Shown: positions 23,985 to 40,438 of the stretch, one piece after another | Numbering within the stretch: position 1 is the stretch's first letter | Layout: each line of letters starts with the position of its first letter | From: Selaginella moellendorffii | Taxonomy: Eukaryota; Plantae; Lycopodiophyta | Assembly: GCF_000143415.4 (NCBI RefSeq) | Contig: NW_003314270.1 | Coordinates: forward strand, 1,106,722-1,170,721 | Length of the DNA: 64,000 bases | Direction of reading: 5' to 3' | Made by a program: the position numbers and the translations under genes | Notes under the pieces: generated by a model | Told to the model about the DNA's origin: nothing | Databases searched by the model: none | Seen by the model: the letters and a program-made list of their open reading frames with translations, nothing else

Positions 23985-24859
23985 ATGGCGATGATCCCCA
24001 CGACGCCCAAGCGCAAGAGCGGCTGGTACACGGCCGCTGAGGTCAAGCAGCACTGCACTCCCGGCGATTGCTGGATCACGCTGCTCGGATCGGTCTACGA
24101 TGTCACCAATCTCGTCACTCGCAATCCAGCGTTTCTTGGCAAGCTCTTGATCCACGCCGGAGGAGGCGATATCAGTCACTGGTTTGATCCCAGCACTGGA
24201 AGCGTCAAACGCCACATTGATCCGGTTTCCAAGCAGGAGGTCTTCCACACGCCGGAGGTACAAATTCATCAAAGTTTATTGGAAGTTCTAAAAAGAAATC
24301 GTGAAGAGTTTATCGATCGAGCAAAATTTGGTCTTGGCAGGGGAGATTTGTTCACGTCCCTCCACGCGCTCCTAGAACAGACTGGGATTCATCGTTTGAG
24401 TTTGAGTGGTGGAACGATCTCAAGTACATGATTGGCAAACTAAGCAAAAGAACTCGGTGCATTCGAGTGAAGAACGTTCTCATCAACCAAGACATCCTTC
24501 TAGAGGTATGGAAAAGGAAGATCTCTTTTTCACTTTCCAAGATCTTAGGAGATAACACTTTATAGGTTCCTTGCGAAGAAACTGTGGGCCAGATTCTAGA
24601 TCGCTACAAAGATTACAACAGTCATGCAGATAGCTACTCTTGTCGAGCAGTGAGCTTGAGTGACGCTCATGAGTTTATCCAGTTGGATTTAAACAAGACT
24701 TTGCAATGCAATGGTGTTCCAGATATTTCTGACATTGATGAGTTCCCTCCTCCAATTAAGGAGAAGCTGATTTACGAGTATCTTGGCTCAGGATTGCCAG
24801 CTTACTTTTATGTTCCAGTTATTCTTATCTACTATAATGATGATTTGACTATAGCATAA
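23985..24859 (+). CDS. CYB5D1: Cytochrome b5 domain-containing protein 1 (ciliary/flagellar), 3 exons
   Basis: YTAAEVKQHCTPGDCWI..G.VYDVT...GGDISHWFDP, TPE|GRFVHVPP..PRTDW, IGKLSKRTR.IRVKNVL, LE|VPCEETV..ILDRY..YNSHADSY and C-terminal YYNDDLTIA*. Confidence 0.88.
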
Positions 24860-27800
24860 CAAATAACTTCAAATATGTAAAATATAAAAATTATAAAAGT
24901 ATTTTAAATATTTATTTACCTTATAAATAAAAAATAATTGGAAATATTTATATGAATGTAAATAATAATAATAATATATTAAAGTTAAGATATGTAATAA
25001 AAACTTATAGAACATATATGGTTTGCCAATTGATAAAAACTTAAAAACCTCAATAACATTTATATAATTTTTCTTTTATTTTGGATCCATTTTTATTATC
25101 TAAAGAAGCAAAATATAACACCTCTAGCTCCTATGTCATATTTCACCATCCAAGAAGAAAAAAAGTTACTTTGGGAGACTGAATTCTAAACAGTATATAT
25201 TCTATTATAATATTTATCTTTTGTTAATAAAATTAAGAATATAAATAGAGAAAGTAATGATGAAAATATTTATATACTAATATCATAGGGTATAAAGTTA
25301 AAACCATGTGTGCTACACTTAGGACATAGTGGCTGGCAGAGTTGTAATACATGTTGCCACATGCATATCCACTAAAAAAAGGGATACAAAAGAATTTAAT
25401 CAATTGTTTAAAAATATTGTATAGGCAAAGATTGTGAAAATTCATTGATAACTCCAAAGCATGTTTAAAAGACCATATTAAATTTATCATAAGCACTCTA
25501 CTTGATCTAAGCTGCTAAAAAAGATGAGACTAACTTATAAGACTTACTTCGAGGTGTCAAACTTGCTATTAGCCTCAAAAGGTATGCATGTAATATTTTA
25601 TACTTTATAATAATTTTATCAACTCCATTCATTTTCTTTTCTTTTTTTTATTTTTGAACAATGATTCAGTTGATTGTTGTTTTTCTTTTGCTTATTTTTT
25701 GGAAGGATCATGTATAGTTTAGTGAGTTATAATAAAATTGGACATGAGCCTAATGACATCTTAAAACTGCTTTGGTGACAATGCTGTTGAAGCCTACTGA
25801 AAAATTGTTATAAGACTATTGGAATAGTGGAGTGGTGCTCTTTCTAGTAGGAAGCACATCAATGGAGTTTCATGATGATTGACACTTAGGATCACATTTT
25901 ATATCAACACCCCAGGTATGTTTTATGTTGCAAATCCCTTTATAAAAATCTGTGGTTTTCCCTCCCATTTAGTGAGAACCACTTTCAAAACTATCAAAAA
26001 TCAGATATTTTCATATGCCTTGACTTATACTGAAGGAAGGCAGAGGTTTTGTGTTGAAATACATACATAATTCTCAAATTATACCATACACTATCGAGTA
26101 AGCTTTGGTGCTCACCAAGTATAAAGCTATGGTATAGTCACTATATCTTAAGCACCCAAGGTAGTTAGAAATACTTGTAATGTTGTTGTAGGATGATTTT
26201 TTTAGAAGTAATTATTGGAGCTTTGAATCATCAATCAAAACAAAGTTCTTGGGTCTTTTATTTAGTAGGAAATAGTTTAAACTTGGAAAATGGGCTTTAC
26301 AAAATATTAATTGTAAGTTGGTGTTAACTAAGAAGAGGGGTGAAAGAATTTAATACTAGAGTAAGCATCCTTTCAAGTGTGTTAATGGATGTTTGTCCCA
26401 TTTATAACAAGATCAGAATTTTATGATTAAAGACCTTCAAGATCATCCATTTGATAAATATTGTAATCCATAACTAGATTCTGTTATAACAGCAAGTTTA
26501 GTGGTGAGGGGAGATGGAAACATTTTCATTTTCAAAAGAAATAATTTGGAGAGCTATTGAGTAATCTCTTTTTGTAGCTTATGATGACTTTAATTTACTT
26601 TTAACTTTTCTTAACATTAAGAATAACAACTCTTAAAGCTTAGCAATCATTTAGGAAAGCTCTAATGTTTTTCTCGATGCAAGCTAAACAGAAGAAGAAG
26701 TTGAAGTGATGGTGTACAAAAAGAGTTGCCATGTTGCACAATCATGATTGCTGCTACCTCTACTTGGAGACTAAATGTCCACCCTCACTCAGATCCTTAT
26801 AACCATGATAAGCACCTTTTAGGAGTCCACAAAGAAAATTGATTGATAAACTAGTCTATCCAAAACATACAATGTAGTCCCTCTTGAACTAGCATCAATC
26901 CTCTTAGCTGCAAAAGTTGCATTGCTGTTATGGTTGAGGCAAGGACCCTACTTCATGCTAGTACAAGTTTAGTGGTGGAGCATTGTTGTATCCCTAGCCA
27001 CAGTGTTCTTTCTATGCACCCCTTCCTAGTCAACAAGATTCAACACCAAAGGAATGTAGTCATTGCCAGGATATGCTCATTGCTATATAGGATTCTTTAA
27101 CTGATCTAAACTCTTGAAGTGAATATATTATTTCAATGTTACTATTTGCAAATAATCACAAAGGTTGGCTCTAGCTCCATAGCAGCAGGTTTTCTAACAA
27201 AGGCTATTGTTAGACAATTCTCACTTGGTCAACTTGTCAGGTGGTAATGCATTATTGTCACAGTAGCAAGCATTGAGGGATATCAAAGGGAAGGGCATGG
27301 TCAGTGATGTCAACATGATTGGCTTCTCCTCTACTCCTTGGACTTATTGGACATGCACATTGGTTAGAATAATGAGGCATCCTGAGACAAAGACCATGGA
27401 TTGGTGAACTCTTTCATGAGAACCATGGCTTCTAGATACTGGAGAAAGCTGGCTGGACTACAGAAATAAGGTTAAGATCATATGGTCAAGGTTGGTTCTA
27501 TTTAGTTGAGGCTACCATGATTGTCAACTATTAAGGAGTTAGCACAAGAACAATCTTTGGTAAGTTTCAAGATGTTTTAGAGTTTGTGGAGGTGGATCAT
27601 GGTTTTTAACCCCTCTTGGACAATTATGTGAATACAATGATTTCCTTAGATGTTTTCTATGCAGTAATGACATATCAACAAGCTCATGAGAAGGAAATTC
27701 TTAATCAACCAGCAAAAGTGGTACAAAAAGTAGATTTATCACATTTTTGTACCTTCGGAGACAACTCTAGAGCCTAAGTAGTAGCCTTTCTCAACAACTC

Positions 27801-29977
27801 TAGGTGTTAAAGATTTATATTTTTCATAAATGTGGTTGTTTTGTGCTTTGCAACAACACTAACTACACTCACTCATTGAGGACTTGAAGCTGATGCAACC
27901 AAACTTTAATATCTTATAGCTTCTCTAGCTAGTTCCATATGTGTTGGATAAGTTTGTAAGTATTGCCAATCAACTACCTCATGTTTGGCAGCATGCAAAT
28001 GTGCATATTACGGATGAAATGAGGGAGATTGATCTTGGAGTGTTCTTTTATGCAAATAAAGTTGGACTCCACATGATCCAAAATGTCATCATCAACTCTA
28101 GATTTAGAATCAACATCATCTTAGCATATATTTATCAAGAGTTTGGCTTGGCTGTAGTCATGCTAACATCAGTGATCCTCAAGACTTTTGCCTAGCATCA
28201 AGTGCCACTAATAGATCAAAGTCTTGGTCAGATGGGGTTCAAACCACACAAGACTTCCTGGTCCTTGACTTTTTAGGAGGACACAAGGCGACAGCTCAAA
28301 CCTTCATGGCTTTTACCCAGGTTGTTTTTGAGGACTTGCTGCATCTCAACACATGTGCTCCTTGCCTTGCTGCACATAGACACATGTGCTCCTTGCCTTA
28401 CTAGATTCCAATACACTGCTCCTCACTGTTAAGGAAGGCCAAAAAAACTTACCAGTCCAATGCTGCTGCAATGGAGCAACATGCAACCATCCTCCACTGC
28501 ACCTAGCCGCTGACTCCCAAACCCTTTTGCAATTGCCCCCATGGTCCCTAAACCCAAAAAATATCAAGGACATGGCAAAAATGAGTTCACTATGGCTGCT
28601 TTTGTGGCATGGATGCAATTCCATGAATGGCACTCTTAAGTGTCAGAGTCTCAAACAATGAATGTCCTTGTCTCTTCCACTTAGTGTCATAGTCTCGGTC
28701 ACTCTCGGACTGTTGGCCTGATTCACTCTTTCTCACACACGCTCACTGTGTTTCAATAGTCTCAACACTTGCCATTTAAGTTTTAGCCCTGCCATCTGAA
28801 TGTCTGATAGTTGATTTTTGTGGAGTGTCCCTAAGGCACTTCTGTACAATCTTTGTGTAATGTTTGGAAATTTGATCAGATGATCGGCACAACTGTAACA
28901 AGGGCAAAAGTGAGCTTGTCCAAAGGCCTTTTTTGCATTCCTCTCACTCTAGTCAAGAAATGGTCTCTGAAGAACTTGGGTAAAGATTTTCGAAATATCA
29001 AACTAATCATGATCGTTTGATAGTTTTCTGGAAGCATTAGCATTGGGTCACCGATTTTGTAGATGTCAGCCAAGCGATTAACATCTATTGCTCAGGAAAC
29101 TTCAGGAATGTCAAAGATTGGCCACGGTGGACCGCCTGCTCAGAATATTTGTAAAAAATAAATTTAACTTGTAATTGAGTTGTGGTTCGTTAGAGAAAGT
29201 TTTCATAATGATCTCTCAAAAAATGTTCCTGGGCCAATGGTGTGAAATTTCCATGCTGGGCAGACACATTTACAGACTCTTCCTCTACTGGAATGGGTTC
29301 CATTGGCATCTGCGGCTGTGTTGCAGGATATCATCCATTTGAAGCTTCCAGCACAAACCCTGCCATGTTGAGATTGTGAAGCTGTACTAGAGTAACCTTG
29401 GTATCTTTTGCGGCTGGCCATTTTTTTGGTGGATCACTGAATCCAACAATATCTCATACTTGGTTGTGGAGGACAGCTGTGGAGGACATTGTCACTGCAA
29501 AACTAAAATGTTTGGAATGTTTTAATGTCCTTGTATATTGTGAAACTTGTGACACATGGTGCCACTGTATTCCTCAGAAGTTTCACCAAGGCATTCTTCC
29601 CGACCAACGAGGCCAAGCTCCTCGACGCCATAAGAGCAAGCAGAAGATCAAAGTGCACTGGGCTTTATGTGTGTACCAAACGGGAAAGTCACATGTTATT
29701 GTTACCTGGAACGTAAGGAGTGAAGGAACTTCAGTCATGGAATTCCTCCTTGTCTGATAGAGGTGATGATATTCGTTTAAGGGAAGCAAAATGTGAACAA
29801 GATGTAGTAGAGCTCCCCTAGTTTCCATAAAGCGGAATAAAGGGCACCTCCAGAGGCCTTTGAGTATGTATCCATATTAGCAAAAGTTCACTCTGAAAAA
29901 CCGCACATTGTCATGCTAGATCACAGAGAAAAGGTGAACTAACTCAAACCTTAAAGTGCACTAATTCATTGGAGCTT

Positions 29978-32254
29978 ATGCTCTTTAGGAGACTTCTATC
30001 GACCATTTCCATTGCAAGAGAGACTCTCAGCTCCTTAAGTCTTTTAGTGAGGCGGTGCGGTGAATCACGGGACTTGTCCAAAGCAAAAGCCACGCACGCA
30101 CAAATCCTTGCCTCTGAGCACAGGCATGACAGATACCTCCTCAACTTGCTTGTTGACATGTATGGCAAATGCGGGAGCCTGCAAGATGCAAAAGCTGTCT
30201 TCGACTCCATCCACCACCCGAATCTTTTTTCGTGGAATATCATCCTCAGCACATATTCCCGAACTGGTAACTTGCACGGGTCTAAGAGAGCATTCGATGC
30301 GATGCCGGAGAGGAATGTGGTGTCCTGGACTGTCCTCCTTGCAGCATATGCCCAAACTGGGCATCTTTTGGAGCAAACCAGAGAGGTTTTTACCAAGCTT
30401 CCTCAGTGGAACTTAGTATCTTGCAACACTATGCTAGCAGTTCAAGATACCCCACATGTTGGAAATTTTTACGATTTCATGCCTGAGAAAGATGCAATCT
30501 CGTGGACAACTCTGATCAGAGCACATGGAAAGAGAGGTGATTTGCAATCTGCGAGCCAAGTATTGAGTCTAATGCCGCTACATGATGTAGTGTCTGTCAC
30601 AGTCTTGGCAGTGGAGTATGGACAAATAGGGAATCTGGAAAAGGCTAAAGCATTGCTTGTTGAGATGCCCTTTTACGACGTAGCCTCTTGGAATGCCTTG
30701 ACCCAAGCATATGCCCAGGCCGGGTATGTCGACCAAGCGAGAAACCTGTTTGACGAGCAGCAAGACAAAGATACCACCTCTTGGGTCTGTATGATTCAAG
30801 CCTACGCTCGTTCCAATCTCCTTGACGAAGCCAAGGCAATGTTTGATGCAATCCCAGAGAAGAACGTTGTGGTGTGGTCTGCAATGGTGGCTGCTTTCGG
30901 CCATGCCGGGGCGATTGACGATGCAAGAGGCGCTTTTGATCTCATGCCCAGCAGGAACTGTGTCTCCTGGACGTCTCTCCTGGGAGCTCTCTCGATCGAG
31001 GGTGATATTCTTGGAGCCGAGAGCGTATTCCAAGAGATGCCACTCAAAGACATAGTTGCATGGAACTCCATGCTCGATGCTTTCGCAAACGCCAGAGATC
31101 TCGCTGGAGTGGAAGCCACTCTCTCGAGGATGGCGTACTGGGACATGATATCGCTCAATGCGGCTCTAGCGGTATATGCCCAAGCCGGGCATATTGAGAA
31201 AACCAGAGACTTCTTCCAAGCAATGCCCGAGAGAGACATTCTCTCTTTCAGCTCCATGATGCTCGTGGAGTCCGAATGTGGAGATCCCGACAACGCCAGA
31301 AACCTTTTTCGATCGGTCACGGGAAAGCGAGACATCGTCCTGTGGACGTGTTTGATCCGGGCTTTTGCTCGAGGTGGCGACATGGATGCTTCCAAGGCAA
31401 CGTTTGACAGGCTTCCACAGTGGGACTCCATCTCGTGGAACGCGGTGATCACGGGCTATGCCCAAAACGGCTGCCTGGAAGAAGCACGAAACATGTTTGA
31501 GGGAATGCTCCAGTTCGACGTTGGATCGTGCAATGCGGTTCTCCAGACATTCGCTGCAAGAGGCCACCTTAACGAGACACGAGAGACTTTTGAGAGGATG
31601 ATCCACAGGGACGTGACGTCGTGGAACACGGTGCTCTTGTGCTATGCCCAAAATGGGCATCTCAATGAGTCAAAAATGGTCTTTGAGAGAATCCCAAGTT
31701 TTAGCACTCTTTCCTGGTCGGCCTTGATTGCTGCATATTCGCAAGCAGGGAATGTGGTAGAAAGCCGCGAGACTTTTGATGCCATGGAAGTTAAGGACGT
31801 GATTGCTTGGAACACTATGGTTGCGGCCTATGCCCGGAATGGGAATCTCGGTGAATCGAACTTTATGTTCAAAGAGATGAGCTTGGAAGGCATGATTCCC
31901 AACGAGAGCAGCTTTGTTGGGCTGTTCCACGGCTGCAGCCATTCGGGGATGATAGACGAAGCCCGTCACTACTTTGCAGCGATGATTGAAGATCACTTTG
32001 TAGCTGCAAGGATTGAGCATTATTACTGTTTGGTGGACATTCTTGGACGAGCCAAGAAGCTGGGAGAGGCGGAAGAGCTTGTGTTAAATATGCCTTTTTT
32101 GCCTGATGCAGTGGCATGGACGAGTTTGCTTGCAGCCTGTCGGATCAATGGGGACGTTGTGAGAGCTGAGAGAGTTGCCCGGTTTATATTTGAGCTGGAA
32201 CCAGAGGTGGCTGCTCCATATAACCTTCTGCACAATGCTTATGCTCATTCTTAA
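29978..32254 (+). CDS. Intronless PLS-class PPR protein, E-type (no DYW)
   Basis: MYGKCGSLQDAKAVFD, many short repeats, GCSHSG, HYYCLVDILGRA and MPFLPDAVAWTSLLAAC. Ends PYNLLHNAYAHS*. Confidence 0.95.
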   Translation: MLFRRLLSTISIARETLSSLSLLVRRCGESRDLSKAKATHAQILASEHRHDRYLLNLLVDMYGKCGSLQDAKAVFDSIHHPNLFSWNIILSTYSRTGNLHGSKRAFDAMPERNVVSWTVLLAAYAQTGHLLEQTREVFTKLPQWNLVSCNTMLAVQDTPHVGNFYDFMPEKDAISWTTLIRAHGKRGDLQSASQVLSLMPLHDVVSVTVLAVEYGQIGNLEKAKALLVEMPFYDVASWNALTQAYAQAGYVDQARNLFDEQQDKDTTSWVCMIQAYARSNLLDEAKAMFDAIPEKNVVVWSAMVAAFGHAGAIDDARGAFDLMPSRNCVSWTSLLGALSIEGDILGAESVFQEMPLKDIVAWNSMLDAFANARDLAGVEATLSRMAYWDMISLNAALAVYAQAGHIEKTRDFFQAMPERDILSFSSMMLVESECGDPDNARNLFRSVTGKRDIVLWTCLIRAFARGGDMDASKATFDRLPQWDSISWNAVITGYAQNGCLEEARNMFEGMLQFDVGSCNAVLQTFAARGHLNETRETFERMIHRDVTSWNTVLLCYAQNGHLNESKMVFERIPSFSTLSWSALIAAYSQAGNVVESRETFDAMEVKDVIAWNTMVAAYARNGNLGESNFMFKEMSLEGMIPNESSFVGLFHGCSHSGMIDEARHYFAAMIEDHFVAARIEHYYCLVDILGRAKKLGEAEELVLNMPFLPDAVAWTSLLAACRINGDVVRAERVARFIFELEPEVAAPYNLLHNAYAHS

Positions 32255-33395
32255 AAAATGTTACTATCTAGTAGGACTCCCTGCTTTATTGCAACAGCTT
32301 TAGAGCTCGCTGGTTATATTCAGGGCTGATAGAGTCTAGTTTATTGTGGTGAAGCATAGCCCGAGGGTTGTATGTGCCTTACAGAAACAAAGGAGTTCAA
32401 CAACACTCCTGTATTGACACGGATCTTTGAACTCCAGAAGTCACAGGCCAAACTTCTTGGTAGAACTATGCGGAGGTGATTCAAGCTTTTATTGTTCTTA
32501 TGCTAGAAAACATTCGGAGCAGAACATGCGATGGTGCGAGATGGTATCCATGAATGTTTTTCTGCTTTCTTGGTAAAGGTCAGTCTCCTTTCCGATACCA
32601 AGGTGGCTTCTCGTAGCCTTTGCATCCAATCCAGTATGGAAGATCCGCATGAGATTGCTGGAGCCTTCAAAAAAGAAAACCGTAAAGTGCACTGAAAGCT
32701 CAAAACACTTACTAAATCTCTTTTGAAAAGAGTCCTTGTTTTTCTGCGAGCAAAAACAGAGTGTTTTCTCTGTAGATCGATCGATGTGAGGCTTTTGCAT
32801 GGAAGGCAGGGCCTGCATTTGTTTTTGGGAAAGAACTTATTAGTTGATAAGTGTTGAGCCTTGAATTACGATACCGGTGGCACTCTTGAGTTCTAGAAAC
32901 CGCTTGGATGGGTGGTTGCTCGAGGCTCAGGATGAGAGCTCTAACATCTCACTTTGGCTGCTGTGGAGTCCAAGAAGGTACCTGAGAAGCTTGTTATTAT
33001 ATCTAGAGGCTCTGGAGTTTAGATGTCAGTCTGGTGTTTCCCAGTCCCAGGAGGCTCCTTTTCAATGCAACCAAAACCCCAGCTTTGTGTGCGTTGAGTG
33101 ACGATGTAGAGGATCCAAGCGTGCTCAACAGGATCAGCCAGATCGCGAGTTCCATCATCTGCAACTTGTTACTACTTCACTTCTCTTGAGCTTGTCAGCA
33201 TACGGTGGCATGGAAAGAGTTGAGAATCCTTTGCTGTTAGAGCAATCGTGTCCAGGGGTGAGGCATCAAAGTTTAGTGACTTGGTTAATAAGTTTGTCGG
33301 CTTTGCAAAGCATCTGCCAACGCTGGTGAGCTAGCAACTGGTAGAAAAAAATGTGAAAAAATATTTAACCAAATTACAAGAATTAATAGATATAA

Positions 33396-36322
33396 CTATG
33401 CAGCTATGAGCCACAAAAGCACTGTAGAGAAAACATATAACGATAAAGAAGACGTATAAGCGTTGGAGCTGGAAAAACAAACAAAGATTAGTACCATTCA
33501 TTTGAAATCGCGCTATAAACTCTCACCTTGAAGATATAGCCGCAGTGGGAGGACACGTAGAAGAACTATTCGTAGGATTAGCTCTCGCAGGAGGACTGGG
33601 TTCTCGATCATAGTCTAGAGGAATGTTGGCGAACCTTACAAGAGCCACAGGACTCGTTACTTCATGAAGCCCATCACTCCAAGTTATCGACCCAAATGCC
33701 TCTTCAAAGAGATCATCCCCAGCCTCGCTCGTTGCCTCCATCGTGACTTGGAACGTTTTCGTCTCCCCCTTGCGATCGAAGCGTAGAACCTGGGGCTCTA
33801 CCTGGATGCTATAACCCGGGGGGCTGATCACGGTCACGCGGTACACTGATTCCTCCTCCTCCACATTGGTAACGTTCCTGGTGATGGTAGTTTTGTTCGC
33901 GAGATCAAGCCGAGCTATGGAGGGATAGTTGACGTTGAGCGGCACATCACTGTAGTTTCCACAGCCGGGAGTGCCGTAAAGCTCAAACTCGTCGCACCGG
34001 ATTCGCACGTATTCCTCTGGGAGGAGATCGTAAACCAGGCCGGGATGAAGTGCGGCGTTTGGATTGACATGGCCGCCTCCAAAGTCGAAGGGGTTTCCAA
34101 CCATCCCATCCTTGTAACCTGTAAAATAGTTGAAAGTTGAGAAAAGCTGTAGAGATTGTTGTTACTATCACCTGTCGTGACTATAGCTGATAGGATCGCT
34201 GCTGGACTCCAGTCCGGGTGGTGCGATTTGAGCAACGCAACAATGCCTGCAATGTGAGGACAGGCCATAGAGGTTCCTGAAAAAATTACGTGACTGGTGC
34301 GACGTGGATCGAGCTTATCGCCTGGTTCAACTGGGAGAACTGGAGAATAGGCTGCCAAGATATCGACACCGGGTGCCACGATATCAGGCTGTGAAATACG
34401 AAAGGATTTTCAGTATAGAGACGTTTGCATCGAGTTTGAGCTATACCTTGACGACGTTCGGGTCGGCACCGGGACCCCGGCCCGAGAACGTAGCCACGAC
34501 TGGAACCTTTGACGTGGCCAGAGTTGTTTCAACTGGACTTATATTCACAACCGGATTGCTGGAAAGAGAGATTGTTGGATGTGAGAAAGGAGAGAAGCCT
34601 TTCTGTTACCTCGTAGATGAAATATAAGAGAGGACTCTCTGTGCATCAGTTGCAGAAATGGAAGAACAAGGTAGGACGCAGAGGTGACCATCCACTGTCG
34701 CCTTTTCGTCTTGGTAGAAATATATAACACCAGCTCCTCCGGCATGTAAAACTGCTTCGCTTGCCGCAGTGGGATCCGGAGTATATCTATACGTATTCAC
34801 AAACCACCACATTGTTCCTCACTTTGACGGGATCTAGAGCCCCTAAACGACAAATACTCGATCCAGCGGCGTCTCCAGATACAAGAGGCAAGAAGTCCTT
34901 GGTGCCATTGAGCGTCAAGCTTAACCCCTGAAAGTAGAGACAGTTATGAGGTTGTTTGAGCTTTGAGCAGAAAGTTGGCTTACTTTAAAGCTCACTCCAT
35001 TCCCCAGAGAGACATTGTTCTTGAACGTCCGGTCATCGGCGCTAGCACCAACAGTGATCATCCATGGAGGTGAGTTGGAAACTGAGAAAGTGTCTGGACC
35101 GTCGTTTCCAGCGGCTGTTACCACCACAACACCCTTCTCAACGGCACCCAGCGCCGCAATGAAAGACCCGACGTACTTGAAAGAAAGCACGGCGCGGCCT
35201 CCCAAAGACATGGAGATAATGTCCACTCCATCCTCGACCGCAGCGTCGATACCAGCAGTTACATCCGCGTCGTCACCGCTGCCGCCCCAAAGCACTTTGT
35301 ACATGGCGAGCCTGGCTTTTGGAGCTCCCCCTACTGCAGTTCCATTTGCCAGACCAAAGAGGCTGGCGTTTGGAACGTATCTTCCAGCGGCAATGGAGGA
35401 CGTGTGTGTTCCATGACCCACGTCATCTCTGGCTGAAATGTAAAGTCGTATTTGAGGTGCGAGTTGAGAAACATTTGCCGCGCCCTTCGAATGTAGATAA
35501 CTTTGGTAGAAATATCTTGCTCCAATCAGTTTCCTGAACACAAGCACATTAGACGCGGTGAAAAGAAAAGGAAAAAGAAAATCGAAGTTACCTGTTGCAA
35601 TGGGAAGAATTGAATGCTTCTCCCTCTTGGCAAATTCCTTTCCACCTCTTGGGAACTGCGCTCATCCCGTCGTCATGGAAGTTCTGTACTTCCGGCCATA
35701 TACCAGTGTCCACAAGTCCGATGATAACATCCTCTCCTTGTTTGGTTTCACTCCGCAGCTGGGGGCGTTTTGTACCAAATAGAGAGTCTTGTGAGTTTCC
35801 CATGCTCATGTAGTCCCAGGACCTTGTTGTGTAAGTTTCCACGCGCCTGCTAGGAAAAACCGATGGTACATCGTGGTGTTCTGCTCAAACCAAAAGCCTT
35901 ATAGTAAGAAGGAAATATAAAATATAACAGGCAAGAGTTTGCAAGAGTTTACGTACGTGACATTCTAGCAGCTTGTTCCTTGGTGAAACGTGCAGCAAAT
36001 CCATTTAAAGCATGTCTGTAGCTGTAAACCATGGATTCTCTTGCAATATCATGGCTGCAGGAAGTAAATCAGAGTTCAACATATGTCGCTATAAAAATAG
36101 TTTTACCTTGCCAATATTCCGTGATGGTATTCGGTAATAGCATCTGGATGAAGATTTTGATCGGTGTTTTGCAAATGAACGATATATATCGAGCTCTCCT
36201 GAAGTCAATCTTACATGAGATTCGAAGAAATATGAACACGAAGAAATATAAACACTTACCGGACTTTCGGTGGCAGCAACACAAGTGGCTATAAGCAACA
36301 AAAGCAACAATGTATAAGCCAT
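33396..36322 (-). CDS. Subtilisin-like serine protease (S8) with I9 prodomain and predicted C-terminal GPI-anchor signal
   Basis: Signal peptide and I9 ([16 protein letters not shown]). Catalytic triad [12 protein letters not shown] / [11 protein letters not shown] / SGTSMACPH. Fn3-like domain ([21 protein letters not shown]). Extra last exon 33396-33468 encodes [23 protein letters not shown]. Confidence 0.92.
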
Positions 36323-36451
36323 AATAATAAAAAAATCTCACTATGGTATCACATTAAATAGAAACTCCCACAAACCATATTAGGAAGCATTTAAATTGGA
36401 CTGATATAAATACAAACAGGGTTAAGAAACAAAGTTCTCACAGTTCACTGT

Positions 36452-40078
<3,627 letters not shown>

Positions 40079-40138
40079 CGCAGAACACCACGAAATCCGC
40101 CCGCCTCGCGCGACCTAGACGGGAGCAAGAGAAGAAAT

Positions 40139-40147
40139 GGCGGGAAA
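40139..40147 (-). promoter_or_regulatory. E2F binding site in MCM2 promoter
   Basis: TTTCCCGCC on the minus strand ~60 nt upstream of the MCM2 ATG. Canonical E2F element typical of MCM genes. Confidence 0.8.
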
Positions 40148-40438
40148 CAAAACCCTGATGCTCACACTGACGGCTCAGATTATCGTCAAAAACGTTCAAG
40201 TATATTTTAGTTAATGGAATTTCCTTTAACAAGGAATTTTAAGCTTGTTTAACTATGTTTAAATTTTAACTGGGAGTTTAAATCCCTTACATTAAATACA
40301 ACATTCTTGATATTTTATATGAATTTTGTCTTATCACCATCTTGTCTTATTTTATTTTCTCTATGTAAAAGGTTCTATATTTTATGTTCAAAATTGGATT
40401 TAAAAACTACTATGTAGTCAAAATTACACAAATAATTT

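Noticed and set aside
25200-29900. Short ORFs and coding-like tracts in the long intergenic region
   Set aside because: Probably decayed genes or TEs, but no recognisable motif; not assignable without searches.
32300-33340. Short ORFs between the PPR and the subtilase
   Set aside because: No recognisable domain or consistent exon chain.
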